A stretch of DNA of 64,000 nucleotides from Tubulanus polymorphus (lineage: Eukaryota; Animalia; Nemertea). Shown here piece after piece: positions 28,301 through 40,200 of this stretch. Below the pieces are notes generated by a model. The model saw nothing but the letters and a program-made list of their open reading frames with translations, was not told the origin of the DNA and did no database searches. The stretch's first letter is position 1. Each line of letters starts with the position of its first letter. The position numbers and the translations under genes are program-made. Location: NCBI RefSeq assembly GCF_964204645.1, contig NC_134027.1, positions 21,724,560-21,788,559 on the forward strand. The letters run 5' to 3'.

Positions 28301-31300
28301 AGTATCGTCAATTCAGGGAGGAATTGTGTGAGCGAGAATTACTTTGTGGATGGGTCAAAATGGCTGCCAGTCAGCCATCTTCGAAGATTTTTTCAAAATC
28401 TTAACATATATATAGTTTATTTTCAAGAGAAATTATAACAGATGGTCATGCATAACATTTCATAAAAATATGAATAAAGAGTCGACAAGATGTTATAATA
28501 TCTAGTGAAGGATAGCCCAATAAAAAGCAAGAATGCTTGTTTGGAGCATTGGGCCACCTTAAAACACACACAAACACACATCATTCAAGCAAGAATGCTT
28601 GTTTGGAGCATTGGGCCACCTTAAAACACACACAAACACACATTATTCATTCCCCTCGCATACAGATTCAAACAACAAATAACACAGATCAATGAAAAGG
28701 GGGATAGGTGTCATATGTAATAATTACAAGCGGATTACAATCAACAAATAAACTAGTTTTATGATTGATAGTTTTCTATGGTCAATTTTTTTAATCTAGA
28801 TTTCATTGAATCGATCGTAGTTGAGAGTTTGATGTGTTGGTTTAGATTTTGCCATTTTATTGGAATTAGGCGCAGAAAGTTATTGCCGAAAGTACTCGTT
28901 TTATGTTGATCCATACGTGGTTCATTTAATCACAGGTGCATGACTATATACAGTATCAAATAGATGGGTCATCAAAATACGAGCAAAAGCCTAAGAGGAG
29001 TTGTGTACGCATAAATAACTACACACTGTCTACAGTAAACCCCTCTTCTTCATTGGGGGTATAAAAAGGTTTACATCAAAGGTTTACATCAACAAATTCA
29101 ACGTTTTATTTTTCCAAAATACTTAGTATAGTATTTCGGGCAACATTCATTCATTTGAAGACGCAATGAAAAAAAAACGACAATAGTCCAGGGTTCATAG
29201 TCTTTTTCCAGTCTTTGATTTTCCATACCTCTCCTAGAGCCAAAGACAATCCTAATTTCCATAGCTTAGACTCATGATAGCCTCATCAAAAGTTTATGGA
29301 AACAAATACAAAGTCTTACGGTACTAAAACTACAAGAACCAATCATCCAGACATTAAATCTTCCAAATTTTTAATAGCATAACTTTAAATTCCATAACTT
29401 TTCCAAGCCTTTTAAAAATGAAATATAACTTTACCAAGGCCAGCATGAGCACTGAACACCTATATATTGGTTATGGTCTATAAAAATAAAATTCCCGTAA
29501 AAAAAAAACAGCTCATCCAAAAAACAGTCTACGAAACTGTTTCACTGCACCTTTTACCGGTTAGCTATCATTGTGAGAAACAGTTTAGTTGTTTCTAGGC
29601 GACCGCGCAAAAACAGGAAACAGTGAAAATTATTCTGTTTCACACGTTCTATATACTTCCCTCTCTGTCTCTCCGCTACTATTCATTGTTAAACGTATGA
29701 AATCATGGCTGCTGTAGCAGCAAGGCTTTCGATCCCCCAAAAAGTACACAAAAACAAGCTTAATTTTGGTGTAATCTCCTATATTTTTTACATCAGCTCA
29801 ATATATTTCAAAGCAATTATCAGCATTGATAGAATATATTAACACTTTATATTCCACTTTGATAGGGGCAGCAGATATCTTATATGGCTGGCTGATTTTC
29901 AGAGGGGTGGCCGCCCCTTTAAAACCTGTTGTGGAGAACACTGTAGGGTGAGATCGAAACGTTGTGTCTTTTATATATTTTAGATTTAATAAATAAATTC
30001 TGGTTTTTAATTCTTTTAATCTGTAAATAGTGGGATTTTATCTTATTACTGTGGAGATAATCAGACCTGTATGCTGTGAGAGTAAATAGATCAGTATTGG
30101 TTTACATTGAATTGTTGTGAATGTCTATTGTAACATTATCAGTGAATAAAATCTTTTGTCATCTTATCTTAATCACGATCAATTTCAGTATTAAAGATGG
30201 CCGCCATGCAACTCGTGCCATCAGAGACAACGACGACAAATTGTTCGATAAATCAATTATCGTCGTCGAGTAACAGTTGTCGGAAATATCTAATTACAGT
30301 TTACAGGGAGAATAGAACGCAGCGCTGTATCTGGAGAATGGAAACCGGCAGGGCGTCTTTGAGTCCAGACATGAATCAGCTCGATCCATTAAATTCCCCT
30401 TTAATCCATTACGACAGATTAACATCCGAGTAAGTTCGCTTAGATAATCCCTGATTAATGAACAACATATCGCGGGTGAGACGAGAAAGGCTGTCTGGAT
30501 GATGGCGACAGTCGCGATCAACAGTAATGCGCTCGAAAGATCCCGTTCCGACTCGCAACACGGTACGGCTCTTGAATGCGTCCCCTCTGAGAAATTCCAG
30601 CACATGGAGAATTCGAAGAAGCAATAACGGGTTTTCTGCCTTGCTGGCTTAGATAAAATAAAAGTTTCACTGAAATCAGTGTAATCAGTTATCAATCAGA
30701 TGATTTTACCAAAACTAGTGGTAACTTTAAGAGTACTATGTATTTTCAATAGCAAATGTCGAGAGAAAAAAGAAAAATGTGTCATGAAAATAATAATAAT
30801 AATCGGAATAACAAAAGGGTTTTCTGTTGAATGACCAGAAAACCATAATTACCCCTTTTCTGGGGTAAATTCTTTTTGGGATTAGTTCTTAAGATTACTT
30901 CTTCAGTTTGATTACAGATCAAAATTTCAGGAATAGGCCTATATTAATCATAATAATGAATACATAAATCATATCTTTTTTCATGCGGAATCGACTAAAT
31001 TTCCTAGTTATCAACCTTGTTTCAAATGTGGTAGCACCGTCGAATAATGAAATTAGTATTTCTACTGAGTGTTTATAAGTATACTATGTATTCATCCCTA
31101 AGTACTTTCGCTCGTTGATTTAGAGAAGTATATTTTCGTATCATTTTAAAATTTCCGTTGTCCCTCCAGGGTTGAGTGGGTTTGAACGTAAATAGAATGG
31201 ATAATCAAATCAAATAATAACCAGAGGATAAATCACCTATAAAAATGGTACCTTCGTGTACCTCAAATGTATATATGTTCTCTTTACGGGAAAAGTTTGC

Positions 31301-34300
31301 GCTGTAATTGACACACTAATCTATTCACCTCACATCACACAAAAACGTTCACATGGGGGCTCATTAATTCAGGCCGGATTCAACGTTTAGGAATAGTGAT
31401 TACAAACTCTCTACTGGCTCTCTAATGGGTTTACAGACTATGCGATCCCAGAATAAAGCGTAGGACACACCAAAGCCGCGATCACAAGCATTTTTGGCCC
31501 GGAACAACACTGTTCACACGAGTGACATGCCTGTTTGGCCCAACCAAGAGCGTCGTACCCGGTCTGAGCCAAATTTCATTAGCACGTGAATTGCAACTGG
31601 TTCCAAATCTACCCCAAATACAAGGGGTAAAAATCCTCTGCGCACTTGAGTTCCTCGAGTGTCCTAGTGTAGAACCCTGACATAGTAGTTAGTGCCTAAT
31701 GCGCTATATATGGGACGGGAAATTAAGGCCCTGCCCGTCGCACAAGAGTGCTGCATTGAGTTCGACTCATGTGCAGGTGATTTTTCTGGTGTATTTTGCT
31801 ATTCCCTTAATATCTAACATGTTTGATATTTTTTCACCCAGCGCAATGTACGCTCCGGTGTGCAGGCAACTCAACGCACTTTACACCGCTTTAGTCGCTG
31901 ATGCGCGCGCGCGTTATTACTCGAAGACTGATGAAAGAGGCTAGCATATCAATTTCAGTACGGAAAATTGTTTATTACGTGACTCCTAATTTCTGCATTA
32001 AATCTAGAATTACTAGATTATCATTACTACTCCCTTGATCTGGGAATTTTTTAGGCAATAGGAACAGAAGAATTCCTTTATATCCAAATAAATGAAGGAC
32101 GATGAAAAGTTGCTTGTATATGCTGCACATAGTAGATATGCATCTCATAAACTGTACACACACTTGCCACAGCTCCTTTTGCTGAGCGCATTTATTTTCG
32201 GCTCTTGTACAGGGGGCCTATATTCTGCACTAAATGCGTATAAACTTTGCGCAACAGCGCAAAATGCTTACACAATATTCCCTTATGCGCGGGTGGCATG
32301 TTCGAGAAAACATAACTGGTTTCTTACCTGCTTTGTTGTCACCAGCCTCCTTTTCTAGCCTGTTATCTGAAAAAAAATTGAAATGATCATCAACAATTTA
32401 TGCTCTGAGAAGTTCGTTCAAATCCAGGCGTGGCGGAGAATCTAGTCCGAATGTTCTCTCCTATGGCCTCTCAGTAGAAACCTCAAACCTGTTAACCCTT
32501 TGATTCACTCCTTCATTTATACACCGCTCTGCAGTGTTTTAAATCGGTGATGCACTAGTACACCGCATCCCGGTGTATTGATTAATTAGTTTTTATCACT
32601 ATGGCAGCACCTGTCAAACAAATCGAAATATTGGTAACTAGCGATACACCGCACCATAGTGTAGACGCATTATGACGGAATGCCCATTATAGGACACACT
32701 TGGGTAGAATTTTTCCGTATTTTCAAATTATCTCCAGCACTTTCTGGAATCATTTTGTCAGCACGGAAAGGGTTAGTAATGGCCTGAATGACGTTGGGGA
32801 GACAGTATAGACAACTAAATGTGGCATGAACTATGACCATAACAGGCATTTCATTTCATAGCTATATTCCATCAACATTAATGATCTCTAAGTAAACAAA
32901 ATCTAAGCACTTTTCCCATGATATTACGTACACTTCAGCAAATCTAGTTTGCCATCATGGTTTGACAGCACCGTTTTGGCATGTCACCGCCAACTAAATC
33001 AGGCCGGCATAATATTGAAGATGTTTTTCTGAATTACGTGAGCGTATTGTGGGTAAACAATGACTGATCAATAAAAACGGTTTATGAAGAATTATGAATT
33101 ATTCATAATCTGAATGCAAGATCTTCACTAGCAACTAGTTGTCTCCAGTCGCTTTGTCGATGTACGCTAAGCTTTACCGAATGAACTGATGCATACTATA
33201 AGCAAATCAACTGATTGTTGATAAAATATTGGATTGAAATGTTGCACTGAAGGTATATGTGACATTGAAGTTGCAATCACATGAATTTTGGCCGTGTCCA
33301 ATTAGGCCCGGAACAACAGTTCACAAGGGTGCCAAATGGGCCTGTGCCAAATTTGGCCTGACCAAATACATTGTACCAGGCCCGAGCCAAATTCTAGCAC
33401 AGCAACTGGTGCCCACTTCGCTTTGTTTAGCATTGTTTATCAACAAGTGGTTTAGTATGTGAACACGCTCTCTAGTTAAGCACGGGCCAAATTTGACTCG
33501 GGCCTGATCGTCTCTGTGCGATCGCAGCTATATGGTAGAATATGTAGTAGCTTTATCCGGTAAATAAGAAAAGTAAAAACCCTCATTATATCGTACATGC
33601 AAATCATAATATGAAAGAACTTGAGGCGATAATACAGAAGGCATCCCTGGTAAGCAGTGAAGGCATAATCTGACAATTTTGACAGAGTAGTAGACGGCGA
33701 CGAAGCGAGCCCTGGTAAGTAAGAGAGAAATGATCAATCTAGAGGATTAAAATAACATCTTCTTGCAGATCCGGCGATGATTGATGAAAAGATTATGATC
33801 CAATAAAGCAGGGTATGATTCGATAATCAGATCTCGCAACGTTCAAAATATAGCATAAGCCCGATAGGCTATACGGCGAAGCATGGCATATATCTTAATC
33901 ACTGTATGATGGGAATCTATCTAGGGTATGGATTGAATGCATTCATTAACCTAGACTCACTGGTCAGTTTCCTCAATTGCCATCATTACGTAATAATCAA
34001 TAAAATCAAACGATAATAAGCCTATTTATCTGAATGCAATATGTAATAGTCAATTGGTCCCCATAGAGACTCAGGGGATTTAGTGACTCGGATACTCTAC
34101 AAGAGAACCCTCCTCCCAACGATGGGATATCTCCACTAACTAGGGGCCTAGAGACACCATGTCTCTACTATCGGACATGCATGCCCAACAATTTCAATAT
34201 CCCCTAAAGACCAAAGACTGATACCCCAACGTGAAACAGAAACAATTTTCTGGTTTATTTTTCTTGCTCCGAAACAAAGAAACACAGTTTACCGGAACTC

Positions 34301-34753
34301 CATTCCACGAAACCAACATGTTAGTTTCAGCAAACAAGAAAATACAAAATTTATACTACAGACACACAAATGACTCCCTTTTGGAAACCCGGCTAGTTGT
34401 TTTCCTTCGTACTTGCATCGCACAAAAGAAAACTCTCCTCCCAATTACTCTGATTTCCGTGCAAATTTTCCCACATTGGAACGAACAGTCATAATTTGAA
34501 GATTCTAAAATTCTAGTAATATCTGTGTCAACAGTTATGCTTTTATGACACTTATAAATACACGAAGCAAATTTATAAGGCATTGCGGACACTTGGAAGG
34601 CACTAGACCAGCAGCAACGAGCGTGACTTGTTAGGCATTCCCGCGCACTCGACGCATTTCTTCCCAGTTAATTCTTTTTATTTGTAGCAAACCGTCCAAT
34701 TTCGTTCGGCGAAGTGTTCGCATGAAGGCTCGGCGGCAAATGAAAAAGCCGAA

Positions 34754-34840
<87 letters not shown>

Positions 34841-37201
34841 CTGGCGAGCGATATTTGAATGTACCCCAGGGTAGTCAATGCCATGGTAACAACAGGAAAC
34901 AAATCCTTCAGACGTACCGAAATCGACGTTTCTCGTCATTTCATAATACTCGAAACGGAAATCGACCTTTTACTAGAATTGGAGTTCGACTTAATTCTCT
35001 TCCGTTGACGAAATTCCGAACGATACCCGTTAACGTCGATGACAAACGCCAAGCCGGATACGTTCGCTGCAGTTGGAAAACACTTGCAAACGCGAAATCG
35101 TTTTCATCGTATTTATGTTTCAGTTGTATGGCACTCGAAAACGAAACAAGAGGTCAGTTGAACTTAAGACTTTCGACGATGGGGAAATCAGAAGTTCAAG
35201 ACGGTAAAAAAAGATGAAAATACTCCGTGGCAATTGGCAGTCTATCACTGCACCCACTTGTTTTTGGCCAGTGCCAAATTAGGCCTGGAACAACTGTTCA
35301 TACAAATACAGGTGCCAAATAGACTTGTGCCGTTTGGCCCACGCTTAATTTGGCCCGACCAAAAATGTCGAGGCCCGAGCACTGGACCAAATGATAATGC
35401 TTGAATTGACACTGGTTCCGGAAATGACTCGAAATCGCTTTGTTTGATGCTTAATTTCAAGAGCAATCGAGCTGAGCTCAGATGTGATGCGGCAGAACTG
35501 AGCGAAGGAATTAGGCCTATAGCCGATCAAGGACTGCATTAGTATCTAGCTAGTCAAAAACTTTCAAATTCGAGCCTTTAATCTTGAAATTTCTAACTTT
35601 GAATTTGAATTGCACTATTCAAATTTCGAGTATTTTTAAAGGAAGATCCACCAGTGTTTATGTCGATATAAGCTGGGCTTCGATCGCAGTACCTCTCAGG
35701 CGTCGTGTCGCATGTTGACATTAAGTAAGCATTAATCCATCAAAACCTGGCACCAGCCTGCACAATTTTAACAAAAACATTTCATTGATCATAAAAATCT
35801 TTACATGTTAACAGAGGTCCCCTTTGTGACATGGTAGCATCATGCGATCGTTCAATCCTAGCAGACGCAGCTAGAAAAAACACAGAATCGTTTTCATTCG
35901 AATTAAATTTTCTGATCAGAACATTAAGTTTTCGATCGAAGCGTTTTTGTTCCAAACAACAAAATTCTGATGGAACTAAATGGTCTTTTGTTATAATGAT
36001 TAATCTTTATTCGAACAAAATAATCTTCGCACTCGAACACAAAGGTTTAATCTGAACCTGGGTTTTCTTCGTATCCAATATCCATATCACGCCTTTTAGT
36101 TTGAAGCCCATCTTCCATGTTTCTGACCATGTACGGAACACAGCTTGTTTAGGTCATTTTGGAAATTTACTCGGTCTGGTAATTTACCCGGTTACTGTGT
36201 ATATCATTAATAACGACAGTGAAGAGAAGAGGACTTCGGATACTACCTTGCGTAACTCCCATAGTGAGACCAACTAATTCCAAAATGAGGCGTTCCGTTG
36301 ATTTGGGCCACCTGTTTTCGTTTCGGAGATAACTGCTGAGCCATTTGATCGACCCATCATTGATACTGTTTCCCAATAGCTTGTTTAGTAATGGCTGATG
36401 TTGTACCTTATCAAATATTTGTGTCGAATTCCATAAAGACTAATTAAGGCCTAACAGTCGATTTTCCAGAGTCAAATAAGACCATCTGGTCCAGTCGTCG
36501 ATGGTTTCAAGTAGGTATAATTGACTGTTTGTCGACCTTCCTTTTATAAAACCGTGTTGACCGTTGAACAGGATTTTAAGACTGTGCAGAAAACCCGCTA
36601 TGGCTGCTTTGCAGCTATATTTTCTCACTTTTTTTTAAATTGTCTATCTTCCTTCCGATTTTATTGTTTGGCTTTTCCGTGAGGATTTTCATGAAACTAT
36701 GCATTGCAATTAGTAGGTTGTATGTGACGATATACATGAGCTTTAATACGTATTAATTGATACAGCAGGCTACAATTGTGTTTTTTTTCGAGTACACAGA
36801 TAGAGATCTGAAACGAATACGTGTTTCGTATAGATGATGTTTTTTCCTTTGTATCATTGAAAATAGAATCGGATGTGATGTTTTTTGTCAAATGAAATAA
36901 AATCCCATTGGATATATATGATTGTTCTTTCGCTTAATAAAATTCTATTGAATTAGCAGTGCAAGCTCTTGCCTAATTAGCATATCGAGGTCATCCATGC
37001 CTGACGACGATTTGGGATTAAGTTATAGCCCATGACACTTGCATAATCATCAAAGATCAACTATATGTAGCAAAAAAAAACCGACTCATCCCAAAAACCG
37101 AAGCAACTAAAGATTTCACAGCAATCGAACTCAACTCGAAATACAATTTTTTCGTCATGGTATAAAACCTGAAAGTAATAATAATAATAATAATAATAAT
37201 G

Positions 37202-37263
<62 letters not shown>

Positions 37264-40200
37264 TAGGGGTCCAGGGACACCATGCCCACTTGGGAAATGG
37301 TTTCAAATGCTCAACAATCTAACAATTTCAATATTCAACGCCCCCTGGTGACCATTTACAAAAACCAACGACCTTGAAACTCACCAAAATCATAGAACAT
37401 GTCAGCAGTTACGATTTTGTAATTGATTGTGAAAACAAAATATACCTCGTTACCAATTTAATATGGAAATACTAAGTCATTCTACTATTCAACGCCCCCT
37501 GGTGACCATATTCAAAACCCAATGACCTCGAAACTCACCACAATCATAGAACATGTCATGAACTACAACTTTGCAATTGATCATGGTAACAAAATATGCC
37601 TAGGTACCAATATAATAAGGAAATACTAAGTTATTCTACTATTCAACGCCCCCTGGTGACCATATAGAAAAACTAATGTCCTTAAAACTCACAACAATCA
37701 TAGATGATGTCATGAGCTACAACTTTCCAATTGATTGTGGTTACAAAATATGCATAGGTACAAATATAATAAAGAAATGCTTAGATATTGTATTATTCAA
37801 CGCCCCCTGGTGGCCATATACGAAATCCAATTACCTTGAAACTCACCGCAATCATAGAACACGTTATGAGCTACAACTTTCTAATTGATTGTGGTAGCAA
37901 AATACGCTTAGGTATCAATATAATGTGGAAAAACTTTTTCCCACTTACGAATGAGTACTGGTGACACCAAGATGGCCGCCAATTGCGTCATAATTGGCTG
38001 ATGAAAAATACCTGTCTGAGGTATAAAACATCCCTTTCCAAAGAATACCCATCACAAATTGTAATGAGAAATGGCAAACCAGTAGGAAGCTACAGGACTC
38101 AGAATTCGGGCCAAAATTAACATTTTTGGGCACTAAAAAGGTCATAGGACGGCCATCTTGAGTCCGACCGACCCAATTTTTGTTATGTTGATGGGCCCTG
38201 GGGATTCACATATCCGAAAGATCAAGGTAATTGATCAAAGCGTCTTCAAAATTTCCCTCAAAAAGTTCAAAAATGTGTAAAAAGTGCTGATTTTGGCGAA
38301 CAACAATGGCTGCCAGTCAGCCATCTTGATTCTGACAGGGCCAGTTTTTGGGCTGAAGATGTGTCTAGGGTAGATACACCTGTAACCCAAATATCAAGAC
38401 GTTACCTTGAAGCGTCTTCAAAACTTCCCAAAATAACTGGATTCCGTCTACGGACGGACGGACGGACGACGGACGAAAAGTGAACGCAATAGCCCGCTGG
38501 GACTAAAGTCCCAAGTGGGCTAATAATAATAATAATAATAATATGTGTCTTATATAGCGCTTAATCCAGCGAGCGCTTTACAATTTCCGGTATTATTACC
38601 CCAGCCATTTAATACTCTAACAAGTGTCAGTCATCTCTCCCTGGGGAGAAGTAACACCGAGCGAACACTAGGCGCTCAGGTATCATCTATCAGGCCAGGT
38701 ACCGATTTACTCCTGGATGGAGAGCAGCATCGAGGATAAGTGTCTTGTAAAACAGTAAGCCATCTATAGGCTAAATACATTAACTATGAGCTTCTTGAAA
38801 ATGATATACTAAATACATGAAACATGAGCTTCTTGAAACTGATATTTTCGCGTTCGGATTTTCAGGAAAAACCGCCTGGCCTGTTATCTATTACAATCTC
38901 AGCCTCAAGATTCGCTCCCTTTGCTTAGCAACGGTTTTCTCGATGAAAATAACAGAAGACCAAATCAATAAGTAAAAAAATACAGCAAAAATACTATTGG
39001 ATGAAAAGCCATCTGTGTTCATATGCTAACTATAGAAGATACCATGATTTTTCTTCGGAAACCCATCTGTCGCAGACACGACGCATCAGTCAATTGAAAA
39101 AAATTGATCCGATAGTCCTGGTAAAGTTATGATCATCGACGTCATAACTAATACACGGAGCAAAGTCAGCACTGCTTTCAATCAGTCAAACGAAATTCAG
39201 GACTTCGCTTATCGACAACAAGATGCGTGACTCAGTTGGGAAGTAAATTTCCGAAGGTTTCGAAATCCTTCAATTTTATTTAAAATTTATGATAGATTTT
39301 GGTGTGTTTCGGTATATACGTATATATGCGCATACATATATTGATGCTTATCCGACTGATGCCATGTCTCGATATTAATGTTATAGTGATGTATACAGAG
39401 CATTCGAACGGGGGCGGCAGGGGCGACCAAAGCCGCCCCACTTTTTGGCTTAACAAAAATTTTTTGGCGCCCTCTTAACCCTTTCAGTGCTGACTAATGA
39501 ATACCCTATAGTGCTGGAGATAATTTGAAAATTTTGAAAAATTCCACCCTAGTGTGTTGAATAACGGGAATACCACTATAGTGCGTCTACACCGCAGCGC
39601 AGCGTATCATTAGTTACTAGTATTTCACTATGTTTGACAGGTGCTGCCATTTTTCATAAGAGATAATTACTAATTACTAATTAAATCAATACACCACAGT
39701 GCGGTATACTCGCGAAATCCATCACCGATTCATACACCGCACTGAAAGGGTTAAAACGTTAATTAAAAAGGGTTAACACCATAAAAACTTTTCATAAGCC
39801 ACTACGAATGAGAGATGTTAAACAGTCACACAAAACGTCATCGAAACATGTGCATTGTAGTTTACAACCAGCAGTTAGAAGCAATGAGGACTCTACGTTC
39901 GACTGTGGCAATCGAGGATTCCACTTGTGGCAAGCGAGGATGCAGTGAGGATTCACCAGGTTCGCTAGTGTGCAATCAGACAACAACTCCCGGATTCTTC
40001 TCATATTCGATTAAAGTCTATCCATAATTTCTCAAATTCTTTGAATGGTGATCAGTAAAAACCACCTTAAATATGAACCTTAAGATCATCTGAGTTTATC
40101 AGAATGAGTGATTTGCCTAATTTCTGACGAGGGATGCTAAAAATCTAGATGAAAGTTCATTGAAAATGATATAGATTTGAACTAGGTTGTCGCGCTGTTA

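Noticed and set aside
31979-32040. Possible HEX exon [20 protein letters not shown]
   Set aside because: There is no convincing phase-compatible donor.
34631-34939. ORFs with (IY)n runs
   Set aside because: They are translations of the (TA)n microsatellite.
37061-37306. Poly-Tyr ORF
   Set aside because: It is the translation of the (TAA)n array.
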